Notes: generated by a model not told the origin, from the letters alone. A stretch of DNA of 53,676 nucleotides from Candidatus Magasanikbacteria bacterium RIFCSPLOWO2_12_FULL_43_12 (GCA_001783065.1 MFQN01000007.1:1-53676), one strand, 5' to 3'; counted from the stretch's first letter, positions 19,059 to 29,185 are shown. Program-made: numbers and translations.

Positions 19059-20261
19059 ATGCGTAAAATATTATATGTAATTACTCAAGGCGAGTGGGGT
19101 GGAGCGCAGAGATATGTTTTTGATTTGGCTACGAATTTAGGCCAAAATTTTGATATTACTATAGCTGTCGGAGAGCCGGCTGGACGGTTAGATTTGCAAA
19201 ATAAACTACAATCATGGGACATGAAACGTGAAACAAATAACATTTCGATTGTGCCACTAAAATACCTTATCAGATCGATTTCGCCCTTTCATGATACTAA
19301 GGCTGTATTTGAACTAGCCAAACTATACAAAAAAATCAAACCAGATATTATCCACCTCAACAGCTCCAAAGCCGGCCTTCTCGGCTCGCTCGCAAAATTG
19401 TTAATTATCAATTATTCGTCTTTAATTATTTACACAGTTCATGGTTGGGTCTTTAATGAACCCACGCGTAAGATTGGAAAAATTTTCTATCGCTTTTTGG
19501 AAAAACTCACAGCGCGATGGAAAGATAAAATTATTGTTTTGTCGCCGCAAGATTTACTTACCGGCAAACAGATAGGAATACCAGAGAAAAAACTTGTTGA
19601 AATTCCGCTGGGAATTGAAGTGCCAAAATTTTTAATTAAAGAAGAGGCGCGACGATTCCTGGATCCCCGCCTTCGCGGGGATGACATTATGGTAGGGACA
19701 ATCGCTAATCTTTATCTGACAAAAGGGTTGGATATCTTAATTGAGGCAGTCAACTTATTAAAAAGGGATCCTTCGGCTCATCCGCCTGCGGGCGGATTTT
19801 CTCGGAATGACGACGTGAAATTTGTTGTTATTGGCGAGGGGAAAGAAAGAGGTAGATTAGAAAATTTGATCAAAAAATACAAACTTGAAAATACCGTATT
19901 TTTAATCGGCGCGCTTGATGACGCCGCGCAATATCTGCCGGCATTTGATCTGTTCATCCTGCCGTCGCGCAAAGAAGGCCTTCCATACACACTCCTGGAA
20001 GCAATGGCGCGCGGAACTCCAATAATCGCCACAAATATCGGCGGCGTGCCATCTTTAATAAATGATGGGGAAAGTGGACTGTTGGTTGAGTCGGAAAATT
20101 CTCAACAACTGGCAGACGCGATCCTCTGGGCGATAAACAATCGCGAAGAAACAAAAAAACGCGCTGTGCGCGCTTCTGAAATAGTAAAACTGCTGACTTT
20201 AGAAAAAATGATTAACCTGACCAAAACTACTTACTTTTCTCATCCGCCTGAAGAATCATAG
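19059..20261 (+). CDS. glycosyltransferase, GT4
   Basis: The ORF track starts at 18978, but the first 27 codons are read from repeat element A. The plausible start is MRKILYVITQGEWGGAQRY at 19059. The C-terminal motif is PSRKEGLPYTLLEAMARGTPIIAT. There are two short in-frame hairpin insertions (DPRLRGDD and DPSAHPPAGGFSRND). Confidence 0.75.
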   Translation: MRKILYVITQGEWGGAQRYVFDLATNLGQNFDITIAVGEPAGRLDLQNKLQSWDMKRETNNISIVPLKYLIRSISPFHDTKAVFELAKLYKKIKPDIIHLNSSKAGLLGSLAKLLIINYSSLIIYTVHGWVFNEPTRKIGKIFYRFLEKLTARWKDKIIVLSPQDLLTGKQIGIPEKKLVEIPLGIEVPKFLIKEEARRFLDPRLRGDDIMVGTIANLYLTKGLDILIEAVNLLKRDPSAHPPAGGFSRNDDVKFVVIGEGKERGRLENLIKKYKLENTVFLIGALDDAAQYLPAFDLFILPSRKEGLPYTLLEAMARGTPIIATNIGGVPSLINDGESGLLVESENSQQLADAILWAINNREETKKRAVRASEIVKLLTLEKMINLTKTTYFSHPPEES

Positions 20262-22245
20262 AAACAACGCTATTCCCTTGGGCGTCAAACACAATACCCT
20301 TATCTTGCGCTGTCTTTATGATTTCTCTGGCTTTATCATTGTCGCCGGTTTGCGCGTAAACCAACGCCAACCGCCACCAACCCTCTCCTATCCTGTCATC
20401 ATCATCTATGGCAGATTGCAACAAAATTACGGCTTCATCCGGCTTGCCGATCAACAACTCAAGCATGGCCAATTGATAAATAATCTGCTGGCGTTTCAGC
20501 GACTTAACAAGAGCATCCTTCAAAACTGTCTCGGCTTCAAGCAGAGATTGCGGCGGTTCTTTCAACTCCATTACTCCTTGCTGAATCAATTGCGCGAATT
20601 GCAAGTGTGTGCGGATATCCAACGGATGCAAAACCAAATTCTTTTTTGATTCATCATAGCCCAGCTGATACAACTCTTTTGCCTTATCAGTAAAACTGGC
20701 TTTGTTATATTGCGGAATAATCATAATTAAACTCCGCACAAAATCACTGCGAATATCATCAATGTGCGGCGAAGACATCTCCACCGCTTTTTGATATGTC
20801 TCCGCCACCAGCTGTCCGGTCTGCATCGCTCCCAAAACCCGCAGACTGGTCATATTCGCGCGAGCGACATTGATATTGGTTGAGTAAATTAAAAATAACA
20901 CCACAACTAACATTGCCATCGTCAAAGCCGGTGAAACCGTCTTTTCTTTTTTTTCTTTTTCCTCAACACCGAAGGTTTGCCTGTTGACAAAAGCGAGAAA
21001 AAAGAAAAAATAAAGATAAGAAGTCGGATTTTCAAACACTACGGCATTATGAATAAAATGCCCGACCAAAAACGCGGCGCCGATGCCCAACAAATGCGCG
21101 TCAATAACTTTCTTTTTATAACCAAACCACAATTGAACAATCGCGATAGCGAACAAACCAACATATAAAAACAAACCGACAATCCCCTGCACCGCCAGAG
21201 CGTTAAAAATCGCGCTGTGAGCGGCGTCAAACCAGGTCTCCCCCCACCCGCGTTCCAGAGACTCCGGCTGATAATACTTGTTAAAAGCGTAATAAAAATT
21301 ATTCGGACCCCAGCCGAATACCGGCTTTTCTTCCCACGCCGCGACCGCTATTTTCCAAGCCATAATCCGGGTCGCTCCGGTACTGGAAGCAAAAGAAACA
21401 CTAAACAATCTGCCAACAGCTGGGATTCGCTGGACAAAATTAGTTTGTCTGAACGCGAACAACAAACTAAAAACTATTATGCCGGCCGCGATCACCGCGC
21501 CAATCGTCTGTCTCATTTTTTTATGCTCTTTCAGCGTGAAAAAATAACTCACCATTAAAATACCAACACTCGCAATCAAACCTAAAAGCGTGCCGCGCGT
21601 CCCGCCCAAAAATACTCCCATAAAACCGAGCGCTCCGCCAATAATCGCGAAATATTTCCATTCCTTCACAGACTCTTTCCAAAAAAGAATCAAGCCGATA
21701 TAAAACAAAAACAACCCGTAACCGCTGTAATAAATCGGGTTGCCTAAAGTCGCTGACACGCGGCTGCTGCCGTCATTCAAAAGCAACAACGGATTTATTT
21801 TTTGCAACAAGCCAATGAACATCGCTATGCCGCCAGCCAACAAAAAAAGACGCAATAACCATCGCCAATCGTTTTTTTCTTTGATCACCGATGTGGCGAT
21901 GAAATAATAAACCACATAATGAAAAATCGTAAACAGGCCCAACATCCTCTCGTGGTTATCCCAAAAACTCCTATACCAATCAACGCCAACAAATGTGGAA
22001 ACAAAAAAACTGAAAAAGAAAGCGACAACGGCGATATTAATCAGTGTTACTCTCGGTCTATACCTCGCGTAATCGCTTACCAAAAGAACCACATACGCGC
22101 CCAGCATCAAAAGCGTCAGGCTGCGGAAAATCAAAATCTTCGGCACGATGAAAGGAAAGATGAATTTTGAAGATATCAATACCAAGGGGACGAAAAAAGT
22201 CGCGGCCACGGATAATTTTATAAATTGCTCCAAATATCTTCTCAT
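20227..22245 (-). CDS. O-antigen ligase/polymerase-like membrane protein with a C-terminal TPR domain
   Basis: 672 aa. About 12 hydrophobic spans include a Wzy_C-like loop (GGTRGTLLGLIA...). The C-terminal 200 aa are TPR-like (LALVYAQTGDNDKAREI). Confidence 0.65.
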   Translation of the reverse strand: MRRYLEQFIKLSVAATFFVPLVLISSKFIFPFIVPKILIFRSLTLLMLGAYVVLLVSDYARYRPRVTLINIAVVAFFFSFFVSTFVGVDWYRSFWDNHERMLGLFTIFHYVVYYFIATSVIKEKNDWRWLLRLFLLAGGIAMFIGLLQKINPLLLLNDGSSRVSATLGNPIYYSGYGLFLFYIGLILFWKESVKEWKYFAIIGGALGFMGVFLGGTRGTLLGLIASVGILMVSYFFTLKEHKKMRQTIGAVIAAGIIVFSLLFAFRQTNFVQRIPAVGRLFSVSFASSTGATRIMAWKIAVAAWEEKPVFGWGPNNFYYAFNKYYQPESLERGWGETWFDAAHSAIFNALAVQGIVGLFLYVGLFAIAIVQLWFGYKKKVIDAHLLGIGAAFLVGHFIHNAVVFENPTSYLYFFFFLAFVNRQTFGVEEKEKKEKTVSPALTMAMLVVVLFLIYSTNINVARANMTSLRVLGAMQTGQLVAETYQKAVEMSSPHIDDIRSDFVRSLIMIIPQYNKASFTDKAKELYQLGYDESKKNLVLHPLDIRTHLQFAQLIQQGVMELKEPPQSLLEAETVLKDALVKSLKRQQIIYQLAMLELLIGKPDEAVILLQSAIDDDDRIGEGWWRLALVYAQTGDNDKAREIIKTAQDKGIVFDAQGNSVVSMILQADEKSK

Positions 22246-22250
22246 AAATA

Positions 22251-22931
22251 TTATTTGGCTAAGTCGCCAAAATCTTTCTTATAACTCGTGTCATCGGGGT
22301 ACAAAGCCAATAATTTTCTCGCGTACTCCCCAGCCTTGGCGGCGCTATTTGTTCTCTGATAAAACGTAATCAGGCCGACTAAAAGATCGGGGTTATTTTC
22401 TAAATTTTGCAATCCCTGTAAATACGTTGCTTCGGATTTATCCGGCTGATTGAGCCGAAATTCATACAATTTAGCCAGAGTAATATAAATATCCGGCTTG
22501 GTATAATCTATCGCGATCGCCTTTTTGTAGTATTCTTCCGCCAAAGAATAATCTTTCTTTTGCCTTTCATAAATATCAGCCAGACTCAAAACCGCGGTAA
22601 TGGTATTTTTGTTTAATTCTAACGACTTCTCATACGCGAGTATGGCCCGGTCATAATCCCTGACAAACTCATACGCATTCCCCAACACCACCCACGTCCA
22701 GTTATAGTTTTTATCTTTTTCATACAATGCCCGAGCTTCCGCCAGTTTCTCGGCCAGCCGCTCTTTTTTATTATCGTCAAAATCAGCCGGAATGGCCACG
22801 TTAAAAAGTTGTTCCGAGTTATTCAAACCAACATCTTCACCGCCGTTCTTTTTTGCCAACAACAACCACGCGAAAATTATAACTACCAACAACAAAGCGC
22901 TAAAAAATAAAATATTTTTCTTTGACAACAT
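22251..22931 (-). CDS. membrane-anchored TPR-repeat protein
   Basis: 226 aa. It has an N-terminal TM segment (ILFFSALLLVVIIFAWLLLA) and repeated A..Y.KAL/AI...P motifs. Confidence 0.7.
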   Translation of the reverse strand: MLSKKNILFFSALLLVVIIFAWLLLAKKNGGEDVGLNNSEQLFNVAIPADFDDNKKERLAEKLAEARALYEKDKNYNWTWVVLGNAYEFVRDYDRAILAYEKSLELNKNTITAVLSLADIYERQKKDYSLAEEYYKKAIAIDYTKPDIYITLAKLYEFRLNQPDKSEATYLQGLQNLENNPDLLVGLITFYQRTNSAAKAGEYARKLLALYPDDTSYKKDFGDLAK

Positions 22932-23004
22932 AAATTAAAATGTAAAAATTTAAAATGTGATGATAACAATATAACACGATTATAATTTTTTAACAATAGC
23001 AAAA

Positions 23005-23023
23005 CTCCGCCAAGAAGGCGGAG
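23005..23023 (-). terminator. rho-independent terminator downstream of the giant gene
   Basis: Stem CTCCGCC / GGCGGAG with loop AAGAA. On the minus strand it is followed by TTTTGCTATTGTT. Confidence 0.65.
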
Positions 23024-23054
23024 TGTTTGCTTTCGCTTTACTAAATCAAAATGA

Positions 23055-26000
23055 TTAGTAAGCAACGGTTTCCACAGTACTGGTTGTTGAAGACAAGCCA
23101 GATACCAAGTAGCCGTTTGTCCAGTCAGCAGTAGTGCTTGAGTGTCCGGAAGCGTTCTTATCACTCCAGATAAAGTCATTATTGCTTGACTGTTTGTGAG
23201 CACCGGCTTGAGCCAACATCAATGTCGCGCCATTGTTCAAGAACGCGGCATCGCCAGCCATACTCACACTCATTGAGGCGCCCGTGGTTGAACCGGTAAT
23301 ATTGCCTCTTAAGATGAATGTCCTCGGTGTTCCCAGAGCTACCGTGATTTCACCGGACGAATAATTTGTACTCCAGTCCGTGCTGGTGGTGTTCCACACC
23401 GCGCCAGAGCCGGTAAAGTTGTAAGCGCCGCTCTGGGTCGGACCGCTGCCATTGTCATTAATTTGCACTTCAGTGGATTCAGTCACGTCGTACAAATATA
23501 GTGAGCTTGCGGCCAGTGTGGCAGTAGTCGTGGAAATATCAAAGGTAAAACCGGCGAGAGCAATATCTCCGTTCACCGCAGTAACCTTAAATTTGAACAG
23601 ATCCTTGGTGCCGTTTGTAAGCTTGTTAGAGCTTACTGATTCCTTTGCAAATACCGGATACGTCTTGTAGACATAGTGGGTATTTCCGGTCGGAGCATTG
23701 CTGGGAGAAATATATTCGGTAGAACCAGTGCCGCTCAAATCGCCTTTCGCCACTATATCGCCAGAGGCATTCACTTTGTAGCCAAGATAATGGCCGGATG
23801 TGCCATTATAGCTGCTGCCGATAGCGGCAACTTTGGCTTTCAGATACAAGTTCTTCCCGCTTGAGTCAGTGGTTTTAACCACAAGCGCATTTTCAGTGAA
23901 ATCAATATACGGCTTAGTGCTTGTCGGAGACATTCTGGTGCCGCTGATTTCAACACCGGCAGAATCCTCAAACCAGATTTCATCGTAATCCTTGTATGAT
24001 GTGGAAGCGGCTAGTGTAGACAACTGGGTCAAATACATGAAATCCATTTCCACATCTTCAGTGGTGGTCGCGAGGAAGTTGAAGACAGCCAATGTGACTG
24101 TCGTGCCGCCAGCAAACAATTTAGCCGATGGGTTGCTGGAAGACAACGCGACTTCCACTTGGCCGCCGGCTGTGCCGACAGTAACCGCGCTAGCAGTCGC
24201 GCTGCTGATTACTTCAGTCACCTGATTCTTGGTTGTTTGACCAGTGCCGGTAACCCAATCAGCTGTGGCGATTGAAATGGTATGAGAACCGACTGTCGCG
24301 CCGCCAGCAATATTAGCATGGATTTCCAAGGTCAATTTCTTGCCAGCTTTGATAATAAACTGGTCATCGCCGCTCAAATTCCAGGTAAATGTCTCATCGG
24401 CGGCAGTGGTGGTTGACCCGGCGACCACTTCGGTCAAAGCGACCGGAGTCCCAGCGCCATTATTGCTATCGCCATCCTTATCCACCCATAGACTGATATT
24501 CTGCAGGTCTAACGGTATGCCGGAAGATATAACATCTGTGGCTTTTACCTGCGAAATCTTGATATCTTCAGTGGAAGCGGAAGCGTCAAACGATACTTTA
24601 GCGAATAAGATATCGTTGGTTCCCGGGGCATATGTCCTGGCCGCCGGAGACGACAGAGTGGTTACTGTCAGAGCGGATGTCTGCACTGTCTTGGTATTGG
24701 CAGTTACCAACGAGTTAGGCGTGGCGTAAGGAGTGCCAGTGCCTAACGTGATATCCAATGAACTATTAACACCTCTCGCGATAAAGTTCGTGGTGTTAGT
24801 CATATCAATGCCAATCTGGAAAGTATCAGCCGCCGCAGGGTTGTTATCAACCGTGCCCTTCAATGTCAAGACGTTGTCGCCAGCCTGTAAGGTGAAAGTG
24901 TCTGTGGTGGTCGCAAAACCGGCTGTAGCCGCTGAAGCGCCAACACCATCAACTCCGCCAATTAAGGCTTTGCCATCTTTATCATAAAGGATCAAAGCAT
25001 CCAACATCTCCGCTTTGCCTGTGCCGGTTGGGATAATCTTGAAAGCCAAAGTACGGATGTCAATCGGCTCGCCGACAACATTAAAATTCCAAGAAGCCAA
25101 TTCAACTTTAGTCGCGTTCTTTGGAATATTTCCGGCCGGCACATTGTTCACTTTGGTAACATTTAATTTACCTTGTGAAACAGTGACGGTGTTAGTCATG
25201 CCGGTAGCGCTATCGGTAGGGGTGATATATACGCCATTCGTAACATCTTTGACAGCGGCATGCGTGGCATACTGCAAATCAAGATTTATAGTGCGGCCGG
25301 AACCAGCTGTCAAGTTAGCATAAACATCAAAGGTGCGGTCATAGCCCTTGTCAAGAATACAATCGTCTCCGCACGCGGCAAAATCAAAGTTAACATATTT
25401 GCCAACCATTGGCGCGCTCGCGAGCGTAACATTATTGTATTTTAAGCTAAAACTTGTGATATCAGCATCTGCCACTGTGCCTGAACTGTAAAAAGTCAGT
25501 TTTTCCATCTGAATCTTTTTAGCATCAGAACCAGTGGTGCCATTAGTAAGTTTGATGCTGGCAACCAAAACATTGTTAGTGCCAACTTGTTTGGTAACTG
25601 TGCCGACAGCTGAACCTTCAGCGAATGTGGCGCTGGCCAATGTCAAGCTGTCGTTAGTCGTCAATTTATTACCTTCAACCGGCAAACCGCTAACCGTACC
25701 TGTGCCAACTAAGGTGACAGAGGTAACAGCCAATGAAGGCACATTGCCACCGACCATTGTCGCGGCCGCGGCCATATTGCCTACCAAGGTGTAGGTCTTG
25801 CTGGTGTTTGCTGGAACAGAAATATTCTCGGTAAAGGTTACTTCATGGTCAGAGTTCAATGTCTTGCCGGAATCATTCAACAAACCACCTTCCGGTGTAA
25901 CCACATTGAGCGTGGCGAAATCGGCATCAGTTGCCGGAGAACTCCCGCGCTTTACCTTGAATGAATCAATAGTAACATCCGCATCGCCTGCCTTGAACAC

Positions 26001-26867
26001 AACTTTGGTAAATGACAAACGAGAAGCGCTGGCTAACGCGTAACCGCCTGTTGGGGTATCGGCAGCCAAGCTTACGGTCAAATTACCACCAACTGTAGTT
26101 GTGGTTTCTGTAGTTGTGGTTTCTGTAGTGGTGGTAGTAGTGGTTTCGGTTGCCTCCATTTGACTGGCATCTTCAGTTACGCTTGCGGCAGTAACTGTAG
26201 TATCAGCCACTTCCAAAGCATCAACCACGGTTGCGGCTGGAGATTGGACATACTTTGCCACAAAAGCCGGCAAAGAGCCGTCAACCTCGTGCAAAGCGCC
26301 GCCTTCAACTTTGTAAGTAACAGTACCCTTTTTCACCAACATGCCGTCATGTGGTTTGGTGCCATCCACTTCTCCGCTTACTTCATCATAGGTGTCATAA
26401 TAGACATCCGGAAGATCGCGAACTGATTTTGCCCAGTTATCGCCATATAATGCCTTAGCCGCGGCCTCGCTGGCGATTTTCTTTATATCGCCGTTAGGCA
26501 ACACAGCAAAGACATTCGGGGAGATAACAGTTTTTATCAACACTGAACCAGGTAAATAGCTCGCGCCACCGCCTGATGGATAAGCGCCTACGCAGGTTTG
26601 ATCAATCGTTACAACTCCGGAAAAGTCTTCATACCAAGTATGATAAACTTCGGAGTTAAAGAAATACACCCTTTCCATGTCCGCGTTGACATAATAAACG
26701 GCGGAGTTGTCGGGAACCTTAAACAGGTCGCCGGTTTCCAATTCCGGACACTCAACTGCGACAGCGACGAGCGGTACCAAAGCGGACACGCCCACGCTCC
26801 ACAGGATTGTCATGACAACAACAGACACGGTAAAGACTTTTTTTCCTAATTTTAATAAGTCTGTCAT
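23055..26867 (-). CDS. giant secreted/surface protein (1270 aa), beta-rich and Thr/Ser/Ala/Gly/Val-rich
   Basis: N-terminal signal/anchor (VFTVSVVVMTILWSVGVSALVPLVAVA). An N-terminal triple xVYY module is shared with 16173-17573, followed by a poly-Thr linker (TTTTTTTETTTTETTTT) and about 1000 aa of Ig-like repeat-style sequence. Confidence 0.7.
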   Translation of the reverse strand: MTDLLKLGKKVFTVSVVVMTILWSVGVSALVPLVAVAVECPELETGDLFKVPDNSAVYYVNADMERVYFFNSEVYHTWYEDFSGVVTIDQTCVGAYPSGGGASYLPGSVLIKTVISPNVFAVLPNGDIKKIASEAAAKALYGDNWAKSVRDLPDVYYDTYDEVSGEVDGTKPHDGMLVKKGTVTYKVEGGALHEVDGSLPAFVAKYVQSPAATVVDALEVADTTVTAASVTEDASQMEATETTTTTTTETTTTETTTTVGGNLTVSLAADTPTGGYALASASRLSFTKVVFKAGDADVTIDSFKVKRGSSPATDADFATLNVVTPEGGLLNDSGKTLNSDHEVTFTENISVPANTSKTYTLVGNMAAAATMVGGNVPSLAVTSVTLVGTGTVSGLPVEGNKLTTNDSLTLASATFAEGSAVGTVTKQVGTNNVLVASIKLTNGTTGSDAKKIQMEKLTFYSSGTVADADITSFSLKYNNVTLASAPMVGKYVNFDFAACGDDCILDKGYDRTFDVYANLTAGSGRTINLDLQYATHAAVKDVTNGVYITPTDSATGMTNTVTVSQGKLNVTKVNNVPAGNIPKNATKVELASWNFNVVGEPIDIRTLAFKIIPTGTGKAEMLDALILYDKDGKALIGGVDGVGASAATAGFATTTDTFTLQAGDNVLTLKGTVDNNPAAADTFQIGIDMTNTTNFIARGVNSSLDITLGTGTPYATPNSLVTANTKTVQTSALTVTTLSSPAARTYAPGTNDILFAKVSFDASASTEDIKISQVKATDVISSGIPLDLQNISLWVDKDGDSNNGAGTPVALTEVVAGSTTTAADETFTWNLSGDDQFIIKAGKKLTLEIHANIAGGATVGSHTISIATADWVTGTGQTTKNQVTEVISSATASAVTVGTAGGQVEVALSSSNPSAKLFAGGTTVTLAVFNFLATTTEDVEMDFMYLTQLSTLAASTSYKDYDEIWFEDSAGVEISGTRMSPTSTKPYIDFTENALVVKTTDSSGKNLYLKAKVAAIGSSYNGTSGHYLGYKVNASGDIVAKGDLSGTGSTEYISPSNAPTGNTHYVYKTYPVFAKESVSSNKLTNGTKDLFKFKVTAVNGDIALAGFTFDISTTTATLAASSLYLYDVTESTEVQINDNGSGPTQSGAYNFTGSGAVWNTTSTDWSTNYSSGEITVALGTPRTFILRGNITGSTTGASMSVSMAGDAAFLNNGATLMLAQAGAHKQSSNNDFIWSDKNASGHSSTTADWTNGYLVSGLSSTTSTVETVAY

Positions 26868-27126
26868 AATGAATTAATTCACTTATTCCGAGGCGTTCCG
26901 ACTAAGTCGGAATCAACGAGATAAGCAATTTGGTTAAATGTATCAAACGACTCTTGCGAGCCTCGACCGATTTGTTTGATACTGCCCTTTTCCCGATTTT
27001 CATCGGGACCAACTGTATGGCTAAATAATTTTCCCCTCGCGGGGGATTAACAACTTTAATTTTTTCAAGTCATTAACCCCTCGCGAGGATTGCCGCATCA
27101 GTTTTTTAAAGGACGTTATTAATAAT

Positions 27127-28371
27127 TTATTTCTTAACCTCTGTTATAATCGCCGTTGTTGTGGAAACAGGCTGACTATTCAAAACACCACTGCTTACCG
27201 CGTCCACGGCTTTTTTAACCTCAACCACTGTTCTCTCCGCTTCTTCCGCGGCTTGAGTCGCATCTTTTACTTTGCCCATGGCTTCCAATAAATGATTGCC
27301 GTCAACCAAAACCTTGGCCTCTTCTAATGTTTTCTGACTTTCCTGCCCTTGCGCGATTGCTTGTCTGTTAACATCGCCTAATACATTTTTAATTGTAGAT
27401 GTCGGCAATATGATTGGTGTTGTGGAATTGACAAAAACTTGAATAGAAGAATTGGAAATCAAAATCGTGGAAGAAACGGTAACCACCACGTCCGAAGGCA
27501 AGTTGTTAGAAGTAATAGGAGCCGCTTCCAACACTTTTACCGCGTCTTCCGCTCTGCTTTTCATATCACCGGTATCCTGCATTGCCACGTCAATTTGTGT
27601 TTGAACCATTGTTTTAGCGTCTTCATCGGAAATAATATTTTTGCCATCGCCTTCATTTTTTTGCACTATTGTTTTTACAATATCCAGACTACTGTCTTTG
27701 ACTGCCTGTTTAGTTCCAGCCACATCCACTTCTGATCCGCCTTGCTCCGCGGCAACAGTCAATGTTTGATTGATATCTTTCGCGGTCTCTTGCATGCCTT
27801 TTACCACTTCAACAATTTTTTCCGGTTCTTCTTCCACAACCGCTTTAATCGCTTCGTTTGCGGTTTGAATAGATTTTTCTAATTTTACCATTGCCTCGGC
27901 CGCTCTCTGCGGAGCGTCAACCGCTTTGTTTTCAACCACTTTCTTAACTTCTTTAGCCCGACGGGTAGCGAACTCCAGATGCATCTGCGCTTGCTGACCT
28001 TTAGCGCCAGCGACCGATGTTACCAATTCTTGAGTCTTCTCTGCCGCCAATTTTACTCCATAACAAATCTCGCCAGGCAGACAATTCTGCGTCGCGCCCA
28101 CGCTGGCAATCCAACCGCTGGTCGCTACCGCGCCAACTAAAACAAAAACCGCCATTGGACGAACCACGGTGTAGGCCAAACGACCCGGCACAAAAATATT
28201 AATCGCCTGCCAAACATAATCAAACCTAAAACGCGGCTTGTCTTTAGAAACCGTGTTATTGATTTGTGACATTAGCTTCGCGCGATTTTGCGCGACCCAA
28301 GATTGATCTGGATTTAACCGATCATTTTGTTTTTTGGCTGTTTTTAATTGTGTCTTGAGAAGATCAGACAT
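27127..28371 (-). CDS. membrane-anchored coiled-coil protein, putative anti-sigma / sigma-associated (DUF5667-like)
   Basis: The track starts at 28413 inside repeat element B. The likely start is MSDLLKTQLK (ATG at 28371). There is one TM segment (VRPMAVFVLVGAVATSGWIASV), then a long Ala/Lys/Glu/Val-rich helical region. It lies directly downstream of the ECF sigma gene. Confidence 0.5.
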   Translation of the reverse strand: MSDLLKTQLKTAKKQNDRLNPDQSWVAQNRAKLMSQINNTVSKDKPRFRFDYVWQAINIFVPGRLAYTVVRPMAVFVLVGAVATSGWIASVGATQNCLPGEICYGVKLAAEKTQELVTSVAGAKGQQAQMHLEFATRRAKEVKKVVENKAVDAPQRAAEAMVKLEKSIQTANEAIKAVVEEEPEKIVEVVKGMQETAKDINQTLTVAAEQGGSEVDVAGTKQAVKDSSLDIVKTIVQKNEGDGKNIISDEDAKTMVQTQIDVAMQDTGDMKSRAEDAVKVLEAAPITSNNLPSDVVVTVSSTILISNSSIQVFVNSTTPIILPTSTIKNVLGDVNRQAIAQGQESQKTLEEAKVLVDGNHLLEAMGKVKDATQAAEEAERTVVEVKKAVDAVSSGVLNSQPVSTTTAIITEVKK

Positions 28372-28384
28372 AACCGCAGTTTCT

Positions 28385-28475
28385 GTCATTGCGAGCCTTC
28401 GCAGATGAAGCAATCCACACTCGTTAACCGTTGGCGACTGGATTGCTTCGTCGTCTGCAGACTCCTCGCAATGAC
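28385..28475. repeat. nested-palindrome element, copy B
   Basis: GTCATTGCGAG...GAAGCAATCC...GGATTGCTTCG...CTCGCAATGAC, lying between the sigma and anti-sigma-like genes. Confidence 0.85.
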
Positions 28476-28476
28476 A

Positions 28477-29037
28477 CTATTTTTTTTCTAAAAGTTCTTT
28501 TAATTTTTTCAGCGCGCGATGCAAAGTTACTCTGACGCTTATTTGACTTTTCCCTAAAATCCGCGCCACCTCCCCGGCTGACAATTCTTCTATATAATGT
28601 AATAGCACCGCCTCTTGATACTCTAACTTCATCTTCTTTAACACTTTCATTATTTCATCAATTTCTCCATCAACTTCCAACCGCTGTTCCTCGCCAGCGC
28701 CCGCCGCCGCCACTATTTCAATAACCGCTTCCAACGGCAATTCTGACGATCGCCGCGCTTTCTCGCGATAAAAGTCCACCACAAGATTTCTCGCTATCCG
28801 ATAAATAAAGCTTGCGAAACTTCTGATCTCTTGTTCACTATTCTCCACCAGATAATTCCAAGCCTTCAAAAACACCTCGCTGGTCAAATCCTCTGCTTCC
28901 TCGCGACTGCTGATTTTAAAGAAAACAAAACGATAAATCTTTTTGACGTATAAATCGTAAAGCAGACCATATGCTTCCGGATCTCTTTTAATTCTTACCT
29001 TATATAACAGCAACTTCTCGTTTATTAGGTCTTTCAT
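28477..29037 (-). CDS. RNA polymerase sigma-70 family factor, ECF-type
   Basis: The track extends to 29214. The plausible start is MKDLINEKLLLYK (ATG at 29037). Region 2 reads YDLYVKKIYRFVFFKISSREEAEDLTSEVFLKAW, and region 4 reads EYQEAVLLHYIEELSAGEVARILGKSQISVRVTLHRALKKLK. Confidence 0.8.
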   Translation of the reverse strand: MKDLINEKLLLYKVRIKRDPEAYGLLYDLYVKKIYRFVFFKISSREEAEDLTSEVFLKAWNYLVENSEQEIRSFASFIYRIARNLVVDFYREKARRSSELPLEAVIEIVAAAGAGEEQRLEVDGEIDEIMKVLKKMKLEYQEAVLLHYIEELSAGEVARILGKSQISVRVTLHRALKKLKELLEKK

Positions 29038-29185
29038 AATATAAGACGCAGATAAAACAAAAATGTTACACCCCTTTTTCACTGCATCACTTGACCACAG
29101 CATCACTACATCACTTTTTTTTCCACAGCCAGATATATAACAAAAACTATCCCCCCGCGGGGAAGCCCTATACTGTGTGAAAATA

